This document shows positions 50,985 through 63,319 of a DNA stretch of 64,000 nucleotides, piece after piece. This DNA comes from Balanoglossus misakiensis (taxonomy: Eukaryota; Animalia; Hemichordata). Position numbers and translations under genes: made by a program. Each line of letters begins with the position of its first letter. Position 1 is the stretch's first letter. The notes beneath the pieces are model-generated. The model did no database searches, was not told where the DNA came from, and was given only the letters and a program-made list of their open reading frames with translations. The stretch is from positions 9,005,510 to 9,069,509 of the forward strand of contig CM082595.2 of NCBI GenBank assembly GCA_040954595.2, written 5' to 3'.

Positions 50985-52325
50985 TATTAGGTCCCATTTG
51001 GTATATGTATTTATACCATGGTACCTTACGGGATCAGTTGCACCTGTATGTATGGATGTTTGTATGTCCATCAACATCAAACATTTGGAAACTACTGGCA
51101 TTTCACCTTGATATTTAATGTGCAGACAGGGCAGTAGATGGGAGTTTGTCTAAGTGAAGTTGTCATTGCCAAAATATGCAAATTAGCTGGGAAAGTGTCA
51201 AATTCGTCAAAACTTGGGAACTCAACAACTACTGGGCAAATTGCTTTCAAAATTGATAATTGGTATGCATGTACCTTATGGTATCCTCTCACAATTCTAC
51301 ATGTTGTGAGCTAATAATGTGAATTTTCTATTTTTAAGCATTTTTTTTGTCTCTTTCCACATTGTCGGTAAAAACCTACTTTTCTGGAATTGATCAGCTG
51401 ACTTGTTTGAAATTTATTATGAAGCTTCATAGGTGATCTGAGTTACCAACCATAGTTTTGTTTAAATTGTTGCCAAAAATTGCGTATTTATAATTTTGGA
51501 GCAATTTTTAGGTCCCATTTGGTTTATGTACATATATACGATTGGGACCTTATGGAATCAGTTGCATTTGTATGTATGAGTGAATGGATGAAAACCGCTG
51601 GGCATATCACTTCCATATTTAGTGTGTAGATGCAGGCGGGGCTGTAGATGGGATTTTGTTCAAATGAAATTGTCATTGCCAAAATATTACCTGTGTAAAT
51701 GTGAAATTGGTCAAAAGTCAGAAACTTGACAACCACTGGTCAGATTGGTATGTCAATGAACCCCATACAGTCCTGTATGTTGTGAGCTAATATTATGAAT
51801 TTTCTAATGTTTATTAATTTTTTTTGTCTTTTTCCACATTATTGGTAAAAAAAAATCTTCACTTCTGAAAGCGATAGTCCGACTCCTTCGAAATTTAGTA
51901 TGAAGCTTCCTATGGGTGGTCCGAGTTACCATATTTTTTGTTCAGATTGTTGTAAAATAGGCATATTTATAATTTTGAGCAATTTTGCCAATTAAGGTCA
52001 GAATGCTTTGCAATTTGGTAGGCAGATTCCCAGGGGTAACCCAAGGAAGATGTCATAAAAATGGTTAAAACTGCGTGCTTGTGTTATTGGGGATATTTTT
52101 GCAATCTTTGTCAAAAACTGTTTTCTGTTAAACCGTTCAAACCCTTGTCAGATTGCTTTGAATTTTGGCAGGAATGTTCCTTGTAGTGATTGAAGTAAGA
52201 TGGTGTACAATTATAGAGATGTTTGCATATTTGTGTTTTTGCCACTTTTGAACAAATGTGTTTTTCTTTGAAACTGCTTTTTTGATGGCTTTGAAATATG
52301 GTAGGAATATTCCTAGGGGTAACCC
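50985..52325 (+). mobile_element. Two adjacent DINE-1/HINE-like elements ('aggtcccat' family)
   Basis: T-rich start plus aggtcccat...(a/t)tgg(g/t)acct hairpins at 50989 and 51510, then (tgta)n microsatellite and AT-rich diverged core repeats. Confidence 0.65.
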
Positions 52326-52327
52326 AA

Positions 52328-52600
52328 TTTTTAGCTCACCTGAAAATCACGTGAGCTTATAGTTTAGCGATGTCTGTGTATGTGTGTGTCTGTCTGTATA
52401 CCCGATATCTCAAGAACCGCTGAACCGATTTCAACCAAATTTAGTACACAGGTTCAGATATCATATGGCAAGAACTGAAAAGGTTTTGGTGGGTGTGGCT
52501 TTGATATTAATGAAGTTATTAAAGTTTTAATTTTTCTATTACATGGTTGTCTATGAGAGCTTTCGTTAATGCTGCATATATGACCAGTGGAAACGATAGT
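52328..52600 (+). mobile_element. HINE-like element 5' portion ('agctcac' family)
   Basis: tttttagctcac...gtgagct hairpin (52333-52357), (gt/gtct)n microsatellite, then atatctcaagaaccgctgaaccgatttcaaccaaattt core. The right end is not defined. Confidence 0.6.
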
Positions 52601-53499
52601 TTGAGGAGATCGACTGTTTGAGGGCGCTGTGAAATGAGACATTCCTGGCGATATTGCCGTGGTTCTGTCCATGCTCAGACGCTGTACCCGTCGTTACGAA
52701 TAACTTCCCTACGTGAATCCACAAGGAAGCTAACGTTGTTTAGTTGCTTCATAGAGCGTAAATTGTTAATCTACAGGACCGTCAGACGAATACTCTTTTC
52801 AAATGAAGTTTGAAACTACTTACGAGTAAGTTAGTGGAGACAATATGGCGGATAGTTGGCGTGCAGCCGAATCCGCGTTATGACTATGACGTGACCCATT
52901 CATCAAGACAAACCGTAAATGATTCACGCATATTGTGGTCCTCACGCAGTCAATCTCAAAATGTCACCAGGCTTTCTATTTGTCTATTGTTCAGAGAAAA
53001 ATAACATGGCGGTTGATCACACTCAACAGTAAAATCCGTTTTGTGTGTTTATAGACAGTCTGTTATCGCCAATACTATATAGCGATTGCTAGATGGCCTA
53101 CCCAATATGTGATCGAGCGAGAATGATAACATTGAATGTCTGTTCAGATCTCATTCCGTACGTCATACGTCAACATTTCGATTTCGATTTAATCCATTCA
53201 TAAAGAATTTAGAGAAAGTCGTCTTGAATTGTGACCCCGACTATCAATTAGTTTACGATGATTTTTTGGCGACGGAATACACGAGACGCCATTGCATAAC
53301 TACGTCAGCTGGACTTCCAAGGTTACCATTTTGTGTGTATGGAATCTTATCACAGAGCCTACGTACTTTGACAATATGCCATGCTATATCAATGACGCCC
53401 CAGAAAATTTGTCAAAAAATGAATTTGTCTTCTCATGGTGGTGCAATATATTTTAATGTCTATTTTGAGGTTGATTTTGGTTTTTGGCTAACATGTATA

Positions 53500-54420
53500 T
53501 AAATGTCAGCTTATAGCATAAGTTGGTGTCCGTCGGCTATGTATGTCTGTATGTGTGCCTCATACAGAATTATGTATTTTGTGAATGGATCAGTTTCGTC
53601 TTAATGTATTGATGTATGTATGTGTATGTCCATCAACATCAAAAACTTGAAACTACTGATATTTAGTGTGTACATAGAAATTGTTATTGCGAAAAAATGC
53701 ATACTGGTATTAACTGGAAAAATGTTCAAATAGTCAAAATTGAAAAACTTAATAACAGCGGATCAGATTAAGTTAAAAATTGGCGTGCATTGGTGTGCAA
53801 GTACTTTGGGAAGACCTCGTATGATTTTGTTCAGGTGGAGTCAGTATCTGGCGTTTCCTATTTTTTATGAATTTTTTGGGGAATTTTCTGCAGTTTTGTT
53901 AAAAAAAAAATTTCTCTGAAATTACATGTCCAATTGATTGGAAACTTGGTATGGAGGTTCATAGGGCTTACCTGAATCACATTTGTGCAAACGGTGGTGA
54001 AATTTGCAAAAATGCATTTTTGGGCAATATTTCCTGTTTTTGCCAAAAAATCCAATCCTGTGAAATGTAGGTGCAATTGTTTTGATACTTTGTATTTGGG
54101 TTTCTAGGGGTGATCTCAGTCAGATATGATCAAATTGTAATGAAATTTGCATAATTGTATTTTTTGGGAATTTCTGCAGGGTTTGGCCAAATAGTCTTCG
54201 GTAATACCACAAGTCCAATTGGTTGGAAACTTTGAATGGGAATTCATATATGTGATATCAGTCAGATTTGTCTGAATTTCCTGTTGTTTGCCAAAATGTC
54301 TTCCTTATTGAAACTTGTTAAAGAGGTTCTTAGGCATGAACAGAAATCAGATTTGTTGAAATCTGGTGAAATATTCATACTTTTTGGTATATTTCTTGCC
54401 ATTTTTGATCAAAGAGTTTT
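53500..54420 (+). mobile_element. Degenerate HINE-like element(s) with tandem core repeats
   Basis: (tgta)n tracts, a tccatcaacatcaaa motif shared with 51068, and repeated gaaatttgca/aaacttggta core units. Confidence 0.5.
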
Positions 54421-54923
54421 AGAATTCCATAGACTTATTATTTTTATGCAGTTCAGGATGGGGTACATGACTCATAACCCCTTACAAAAATTGACAAGGC
54501 AACAATTCCACAAACATGTTTACATTTCACAATGGTGCAACACACAACCCTTACACCATATACACTATAAACCAAAATGGTTTAAAACTGGTTTTTCTAA
54601 TCTTGTTATTCTGTCAACCAATCACAGTACTGCACGTGAGCATATTCAGTTAATATCTGGTTCCTGATTGCTTTGGAAGTTAGTTAACAATTTCATAACA
54701 CATGTACATGTATGTGCAACTTTGATTAAATTCTGGTTGTCAATATTTAGGTAGTTTGTTGTAAATTTCTTTGTTTTTGGATAGCAAATCTTTTTAACCA
54801 ATTGCTCAGTTTCTTTGAAAGTTACTGTTAACAAGGAGAGTTAGTACACCCAACTTAGACTTTTACACCCAACTTAGAGCTACTATGACTGGTTACTAAC
54901 TTCTATATCTATTTGATTCACAG

Positions 54924-54998
54924 ATGCTGCCTGAAATTGTCTGCATTTCAACTCGGGATTCTCTTCCTCGTCTGGGGCGAGTTTAAGACCGCTCAATG
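54924..54998 (+). other. Exon-like cassette b (75 bp), copy B
   Basis: TACTAAC, ttgattcacag acceptor and gtaagc donor; 4 substitutions relative to copy A. Confidence 0.55.
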
Positions 54999-56175
54999 GT
55001 AAGCATGACTTGCTGTATATTTGCTTTTATCGGGCGTGGCACAACCGAAACAATAGGAAACAATGTATGTCTACGAACTAATTTACACCTTCCAGTTATC
55101 AATACTTTTTTCCTTCGAATTCTAGCCTCGATTGCCTGTGATATGATCGTGATGACATGAATTAAATGGTCAAGTTCAAATCTTCATGTGAAGCATAAAT
55201 TAAATTTGGATGCATTTCCTTAACCATATAGCTAGAAATTACTCCCATACCAATACACGGGGAGATACCGTAATTTTGGCTGAAAGTGTGCTAGTCCAAC
55301 ACTATGCTTCATCAAACTGGCTAAGAGATCTATTATTATATATAGACACATGAAGGAAAGTAATGTTGTTTATAGTGAAATAAAACAATACCTTAGGCCA
55401 CAAAGAAAAATATAGATCACGACACAAACAGGCTGGAGTTTTTTTCAAAAATGTGTGCATAAGATCATATTGGCCCATGGTAATCAAAGCCAAAGCAGCC
55501 CAGTTCCAAATTCGAAACTCAGCTCAGTACCAGAAACTTGCTCAAAGCTACCAAATGCACAGAAAGTTTTGAGAATCTAGATGAAAAATCACCAAGCGAC
55601 TAGTGCGCTTGTCTATGTTCAATGTGTCTTCCCTGGTAACAACATGTACTTCTGCCACCATGCCATGAGATATACTGACAGCCACGTTTGAAACATTTTA
55701 GTATACTGATATTCAAAGTTTAAATGTAAAGGCTTACTTTTCTATAGTAAAATAAATGTTTTATAATTGCCAACAATTTACATTCTTGCGCTAATCAGTT
55801 GTATGAAAAGTGAGGTGGATCAAATGTAAGTTTCATTTTCACAACAAACATTAAGAAATCATTGTACAGTGTTACGTAGATGTCAAAGTGTGTGTACACC
55901 TGTCGTTTACAGATATGATGTCAGTTTCACTTGTCACCTAACTGCCATGTTTGTGGTATACCCATGTGGACCACTTTACTGCAGTACTGATGTAAATGGA
56001 GTTTCAAGATCGCTGTTACAGATTTCTCTGATTCGTATTCCACGTACATTATCGCAGCACAGTCTGACCCTATATTATACCATGTTTTGCATATTTTCAC
56101 TAATTAGTATGGCCCAAATAATTCTAAAGCAAGGTTGATTGGTTACTAATTGATAAGCATATATTTGATTCACAG

Positions 56176-56248
56176 TCTTAAACACAGCATTTCAACGTAT
56201 GCCGGAGGAGGAAGAGAATACCTAGGCCTGATCCAAGACCGCTTTCCG
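56176..56248 (+). other. Exon-like cassette c (73 bp), copy B
   Basis: tttgattcacag acceptor and gtaagc donor; 73/73 identical to 49441-49513. Confidence 0.55.
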
Positions 56249-56674
56249 GTAAGCACAACTTGCTGTATACATGCTCCATAGCTTGTTTGTAAAGGCTACC
56301 TTTTCCCATCAAATAGTGAAGTCGCCCTTTCAAAATTATGGTGGTGGTAAGCCACAACTGGTTATCATGGAGAGCCCCATATAAACTTACCAGCCCACGC
56401 TAGCCATGACTTTACAAATGTTTCCGTCATACTACGCATAAAATTCTGGCTGCCTTAAATAGGTTTTCACTTTGCGCTAGGGGGTCAAATCACATTGCAT
56501 TCTGGGCGAAAAGTCTACAACCCACTGTAGTAAGAGGTGGAAGAAATGATACATTTTGTGTATTTCATGCTTTGGTCAAACATGTCTGTCTCCGTAGTTA
56601 GCATATTAAACTCATTAAATGTTTTTCACATTTTGTTATTTTGTCTGTTATGACCCATTATCACTTTAGCTTTA

Positions 56675-57235
56675 GCTTAGGCTCCATTCACAAACACCTC
56701 TGGATGGGGGGGGGGGAAATTCAATTTTTTTACTGCTAATTTTCACATGCCCCCCCCCCTGTACACAACCCGAAATATTTTCAAATCCCCCACCCCCTTC
56801 TGAACTGCCAAAATTTTAAAATCCCCCCCCCCCCATTTTCTTTCACAGAGCAAAACACATCACTTATCTATCTTGTAAAAAAGAAAAACAGCGCTCCCAT
56901 GAAAAGACTTTGAAACTGATGTTTCCCCTCATCAGTGGGTATTAAAACTGAACATGGTTTTTATTTTTTAAGTATTTGTATTCTGTGTTGGGAGACATTG
57001 TAAACCGGGAATTGAAGGGGGTGGGTGTGGGAAGGGGTGTCCCCCTCCCACGTAAGAAAATTTTATAAAATACAGAGCTCAAAGCTGCATTTTTATGAAC
57101 CCGGCAAAAGCAAATTAACTCAACTACCAGTATGTTGGGGAGGATAAATTTAACCGTCGCCGCTCAAAGTTATCATGGGGTGGGGGCAAGTCCCCTGACA
57201 TGGGACACTAGATAAACCAGTTAATGATTGAAAGG
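56675..57235. mobile_element. G/C-run-rich insertion specific to copy B, probably a non-autonomous DNA transposon fragment
   Basis: Absent from copy A. Starts ttaggctccattcacaaa and has long G and C runs plus a G4-consensus motif at 57017-57037. Superfamily not determined. Confidence 0.4.
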
Positions 57236-57814
57236 TGTTGATGAAATAGCTACATGCCTATTGTTAACAAGCAGCTGACTGTACTGAAAGAATGGAAGTG
57301 TTGTGTACCTATTTTACATATTCAATATTTGTAATTAGACCATGTCATGTATATCTTGGGGATTGCTCGATCGCAATGTCTCTGCTGGTACAATGTCCTT
57401 TTAACTTGTACAGTAATATGGTAGTGATTGTAAGTTTGTGATGAAATAGCTACATGACTATTGTTCACAAGCAGCTGACTGTACTGTAAGTTTCTTCATT
57501 CTCAAATTGCTTGCCTAACGTACTGCTTTAAAATTTAAATTTTGGTATGATTTTGAGTAGACTTTTTGTTTCAAAATTATTTTCGACACTTGACATTTTT
57601 GGGTGATATGATTTTACATGGAAAATCTGATTTCCCTGTAATTCGGTTGACAGGATTTTCACAATATCTCTAAATCATGAAGTACATGTATCAGAATTGC
57701 ATCAGGCCCCCAAAATTCTAGTCGCCCTTGGCAAGTAATATTAGCCATTGTTGTCCAAGGACGTTGAAGGTACAATTGGTTTTTAAACTTACTATGTAGG
57801 CATTTTATCAGAAT

Positions 57815-58940
57815 TATTAGGTCCCATTTGGTGCAGGTATATGTATTTATACCATGGGACCTTATGGGATCAGTTGCACCTGTATATATGGATGTCTGTA
57901 TGGATGTTTGTCTGTATGTCTATCAATATCAAACACTTGGAAACCACTGGCATGTGACCTTGATATTTAGTGTGGAGATGCAGGCAGGGCATTAAGTGGG
58001 AGTTGTCAAAATGAACTTGTCATTGCCAAAATATGCAAATTAGCTGGGAAAGTGTCAAATTCGTCCAAACTCGGGAACTCGACAACTACTGAGCAAATTG
58101 CTTTCAAAATTGAAAATTGGTATTCCTGTAAGTTATGTTAACCTCACACAGTTCTATATGTTGTGAGCTAATGTGAATTTTCGATTTTTTATGTATTTTT
58201 TGTCTCTTTCCACATTATCGGTAGAAAATCTGCTTTTCTGGAATTGATCAGCTGACTTATTTGAAATTTAGTATGAAGCTTCATAGGTGATCTGAGTTAT
58301 CATAGTTTTGTAAGGTCCCATTTGCTTTACCATGGGACCTTATGATATCGGTGGATGTATGTATGTATGTCTGTATGTCCGTCCACATCACAAACTTGAA
58401 AACCACTGGGCATATGACCTCGATATTTGGTGTGTAGATGCAGGCCAGACTGAAGATTGGAGTTTGTTCAAATGAAGCTGTCATTGCCAAAAATATGCAA
58501 ATTAGCTAGGAAAATGTGAAATTGGTCAAAACTCAAACTCAACAACCACTGGTCACATTCATTTGAAAATCAGTATGCATGTACCTTATGTCTACCTCAA
58601 ACAGTCCTGTATGTTTTGAGCTAATATTATCGATTTTTAATTTTTTATGCCAAAAATCTTTTATGCATTTTTTGTATTATTCCACATTATTGGTAAAGAA
58701 ATCATCATTTCTTAAAGTTATAGGCCTCATTCTTTGAATTTTAGTATGAAGCTTCTAATGGTTGTCTGAGTAACCAAAGTTTTGTTCAAATTGTTGAAAA
58801 ATTTGCATATTTTAATTTTGAGCAATTTTTGCCACTCTTGGTCATTTTTTTTTCTTTAAAACTGCATGCCAGATTGATTTGGTAGGCATATTCCTAAGGG
58901 TAAACTGAGTAAGATGTTGTAAAAATGTTTTAGTATATAT
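57815..58940 (+). mobile_element. Two adjacent DINE-1/HINE-like elements ('aggtcccat' family)
   Basis: aggtcccat...atgggacct hairpins at 57819-57862 and 58313-58340, with (tgta/tgtc)n tracts and the same core as 50985-52325. Confidence 0.65.
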
Positions 58941-60335
58941 TGTGTTATTGGGGAAGGGGGGGGGGGGGGGTTACTCAAACATTTATAACACCCAGCAACT
59001 TTTGGTACTGGCAGGGTTTGTCCTCCAATGATTTCAACATCCTGCTAGGAATACAACCTCTCCTCAACTTTATAAATATAGGGCATGACATTGCAGGTTT
59101 TTTGAGAACACTGTTTAAAATAACCCTCATCAAGCCTGTTAACTTATTTAGACAGACTATTATCCAGAATGAAACGAAACATGGATGCAATAAAAAGATC
59201 TTGTGCAATAAAAACCAAGTTGATCATAACAATTATTTGCTAAGTACAACATGTACATCACTAATAGAAGTTATGGCTGTAAGCATAAACCTGTTTGTTT
59301 TGCTATCTTCACTATTCATATTATCTGACTATATTAATACATTTGCAAGCATACTGTTTCAGACATAGCGAATTTGATAAACATCTACAAATATATTTTT
59401 ACCTGTTGAAGTTATCAAAATCCAGACACTTGACAAAAGGACATTTTTCATCCCCTCTATAGATTGATAGTCTAACATAGCAGGCAATCTGTTTTTAACA
59501 ACTGCAGAAGCCTTCATAAAAAGTTGTTGGCCAGAATGAAAGCTTAGGGGGACGTAGGATTTCCTACTTTTTAGGTTATTTTTTCTATGGCCCCAAAAAG
59601 CTATGACAAAAAATTGATGACCCCCTTGGAATTTATAATTCCCCCCCCCCTATCATACCCTGTCCATATTCTTATAAATGTCAATAAATGCCATACAGTC
59701 CTGTATGTTTTGTTTTGAGCTAATATTATGAATTTTCTATTTTTATTGTTTTGTCTTTTACTGCATTATTGGTAAAGAAAAATCTTCCTTTCTGAAAGCC
59801 ATAGTTTTTGTTCAAATTGCAAATTGTTGTGAAATTGGTATATTTATAATTTTGAGCAATTTTGTAATTTTTGCTCAGAATGCAGATTCCTAGGGGGGTA
59901 ACCCAAGTAAGGTGTTGTAAAAGAATTGTTTAAAAAATAAAAATATATTTGTAGATGGTTATCAAATTCGCTGTGTCTGAAAGCGCTTGTCAGATTGCTT
60001 TGAACTTTGACAGGAATGTTCCTTGTAGTGATTTAAGTAAGATGGTGTACAATTATAGTGATTTTTGCATATTTGTGTTTTTGCCACTTTTGAACAAATG
60101 TAGTTTTGTTTAACCCCCATCTTACCCTATCCATATTCAAATAAATATGAAAAGAAATTTCTCACAGATATTATTTACTTTGATAATACTATCATTTGTG
60201 CAACAACTAATCAATCAAACAGTCAATAATCATAAATTGGGAGTTCAAAAATATCTATAAGGGAGATTTAAAACCCCGTTAGCAACAACTGTTTGCCATG
60301 TTTTCAGTATTAATGTTTTGTGTAGCTTCTGCAGT

Positions 60336-60955
60336 TTTTAGGTCCCATATGGTATGTACCATGGGCCTTATGGAATCAGTTGCGTCTGTATTTATGTATG
60401 GATGTACTGTATTTTCGCGAGTTAAATTTTTCGCGATATCGAGAGAGGCCACTGTTTCGCGAGTATTAATTTTCGCGTTCTCTTATTTCATTCACTGCAT
60501 CGTTATCTTCAAAAACAATTTACGCGACTTTTTATTTTCACGTTATTTTGGCTCTCGCGTATTTGGCGAAAATTAATTGCTCGCGAAAATAAAGTGTTTT
60601 ACAGTATGTCTGTCTGTTTGTATGGATGTATGTCTGTATGTCCGTCCACATCTAAAACTTGAAAACCGTTGTGCATATCACCTCGATATTTGGTGTGCAG
60701 ATGCAGGCTGGGCTGTAGATTGGAGTTTGTTAACATGAAAATGTCATTACCAAATATATGCAAATTAGCTGGAAAATGTGAAATTGGTCAAAACTCGCAA
60801 AATTCAACAACTGCTGGTCAGATTGATTTGGAAATTGGTATGCAAGTACCTTATGCCTACCTCATACAGTCCTGTATGTTTTGAGCTAATTTTGATTTTC
60901 TATTTTTGATGCATTTGTTTGTATTTTTCAACATTATTGGTAAAAAATCTTCATA
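60336..60955 (+). mobile_element. DINE-1/HINE-like element ('aggtcccat' family) interrupted by a MITE
   Basis: ttttaggtcccat...atgggcct hairpin and microsatellite; the core matches 58380-58700. Confidence 0.65.
60407..60604. mobile_element. TA-flanked MITE (Tc1/mariner-type) with repeated tttcgcg motifs
   Basis: TA|ctgta ... tacag|TA inside the (tgta)n tract, absent from sister HINE copies. Direct tttcgcg motifs on the left and inverted (c/g)gcgaaaa motifs on the right. Confidence 0.7.
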
Positions 60956-62301
60956 TGAATCTAAAATTACCGTCGAATCATCCAGTGTGAGTTAGCACTG
61001 TAATTAGCAAAAGTTATAAATCCACAGTTACCCAGCAAATTTGATATAATGCTTCACATAGGTATTGGTTTTGAACATCCTTCAGAAAGGGTATGAATAT
61101 TTTAAAATTTTTACTGTTGCAACCCAGACTAGTTTATTTCTGAATAAACAGAGAAATGACAACCGGATAGATTATTCTTCTGTACTAAAGACATATGCAG
61201 ACACAAGAAATAGTCTGAACATTTTCAGTACATTACTAAAACAGTGTCGGTACATTGTACTATAAACTGAGGAAGATTAGTGACTATTGTTTGCCAAAAA
61301 TGGTCCCAAGTCATTTCTCAAGCATAGCAGAATAGTAGCTTTGAGTAGCAAAGTGTGATGATTTAAAATGTAAAAAGACAACACCAATCTCTAGCTCTGC
61401 TCTCAGCACTGCAAAAGTTATCTGACAGGTAGATAGATGTTCAGTCATCCTATGTCTGTCAACATTTTTCTTTTCTGAAATCACTGGCGCAAGTGCTTTT
61501 AAAATTGGTGTGCAGGTTTCTTGGGGTGGCGAAGTAATGTGTGTTCAAATTGTGTTGAATTCTGCATATTTGTAGTTTGGAACAAGTTTTTTGCTGTTTT
61601 TGGAAGAAAAAAGCTAAGCTCGTAGATTACTTTGACTATGCAGGTTTCTAGGTATGACACAAGTTGTTTCTTCAAAATATGGTGAAATTTGCATATTTGG
61701 GGGGAAATTTTCTCTGAAATTTAGTATTGATCTCCCTGAGGTATGTGACATAATCTGTAATTTTGTATTTTGGAGACAGTTGCCTTTTTGTACAAACAAA
61801 AAATCTTGTCAGAATATGCATGTCTGATTGCCATGTCCACAGGGGTGATCTACTTTTATTTACATTATAACCGAATCAGTAAAGTTTTCATAATGATCTT
61901 TAAAATAGGTACGTCTAATTGTTTTGATCTTTGGTATGAATTGTCCCTTGGTGATCTTAGTCAATGCTTTTGAAATTCCGCTGAATATTGCATTATTATT
62001 TTGTCTAAGTCTGAAGAGTAGTCATCATCTCTGAAACCCCTTGACCTAAGTCAGGTGTCAAATAGTACAATTTGCAGATTTGTTGCATTGGAGATATTGT
62101 TGCAGTTTTTGAAATTCAAGATGGCTGCCAATGTCTGTGTTAACTCTATGGAAAAACATTTATGTAAATACCTTTCTGAAAACAAGGCGGTGAACATCAC
62201 ATTTTTGTTTACAAACAGTAATAGAAATAGCTATCATTGTTTCTGAAAATCCTAACTTGTAGGATTCTTTTTCAATCTCTGGCATCAGCAGAGACAATTA
62301 A

Positions 62302-63034
62302 GGTGGCATTGCATGAAAAGTTGTGATTTTTGCCAAATTTTACTTTTTTACATAAATCGGTAGGCCTAATACTCACCCACATCCTGACTAATACGTCTTG
62401 GCGGAAATGGTGCACAATCACCCCCAAATAGCACTTTTCTGAATGAGTTCACAGCTTAACAAATAGGTGTCAACAATGCAAATGGCCGTTTTTCTCGGTT
62501 TGCATTTTCGCTGCTTTTGACAACTTCGGACTAAAATAGCTTCGCCCTGCATTGGCCGAATTTGCTCAAATTTTGACAGGGAATTGTGTATGACCCATCC
62601 AACAAAACGCTAGTTTTGTATGTCGATAAAGTGTCCCTAGCGGGAATAAACTCTGATTCAATACAACTCACCGTGAATTTGATCAAATTTTCAGAAAATC
62701 TAACTTTCAAACGCTGTTACTCCTCAATGGAAGCAGATAACGCAAAACAAAATTAGCGTTTTTTTGCACGTGTACTTTAGTTTCGAATGACATATTAAGA
62801 TGCATGATGCATGGTCAACTTTTTTACCTATTTTAAATTTCATGACATAATATAAAAAAATGGGTTTTTTCGCCCAAAATCGCCACCATTTCCGGGGATC
62901 AATAATATTTGCAACTCAAACAAAAGTTCAAAATCTCAGCTTCCAGAATATATATGGTTTATGGGGGTTTAAACTTTGTCTTTGATGAGAAATAGGCCTC
63001 TGAAAAAGTCTCGACGGTTTCATGCAGTGCCACC
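62302..63034. mobile_element. Kolobok-type non-autonomous DNA transposon (733 bp)
   Basis: TTAA at 62298-301 and 63035-38; 17-bp TIR ggtggcattgcatgaaa / tttcatgcagtgccacc (1 mismatch). No coding capacity seen. Confidence 0.88.
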
Positions 63035-63319
63035 TTAAACAACTCTATAAAAAGTCTTATTGCTTAGTACTGGCACGAGGTGGTAAAAAGATGTGCAGCT
63101 TTTGACTTATTACAGGCTTACACTTTGTTAGTAATATGAGTCCCTATTGGTATTGTGCTGGGTTTTTAGGAGCTTGGGCCCCATTCCCTGGATATTTTTT
63201 ACACCTTGCTCTGAAAACCTGCCACACCTATGCTTCTTGAATTTGTCACAGTTGTCCTTGCCAATGAGTGTGCACCTTGAAATTCAAATCAGTCATTTGA
63301 CCTGGCAGCCATATTCAGT

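Larger units (their letters stand above)
48391..52262 (+). repeat. Local duplication, copy A
   Basis: Collinear with 54876-60106 at roughly 90-95% identity (estimated by eye) with several copy-specific indels. The unique-sequence part (to ~50990) is clear; the HINE-derived remainder is less certain. Confidence 0.85.
54876..60106 (+). repeat. Local duplication, copy B
   Basis: Starts agagctactatgactggttactaac (matching 48391). Lacks the MITE and carries its own extra segments (~55447-56062, ~56675-57235, ~58950-59690). 59985-60106 matches 52143-52262. Confidence 0.85.

Noticed and set aside
54236-54667. 143-aa ORF (and the 142-aa ORF at 58940-59368)
   Set aside because: AT-rich, repeat-derived composition crossing element boundaries, with no domain motifs.
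57017-57050. G-quadruplex motif as a functional regulatory element
   Set aside because: It lies in a copy-specific transposon-like insertion and competes with a local hairpin; there is no evidence of function.
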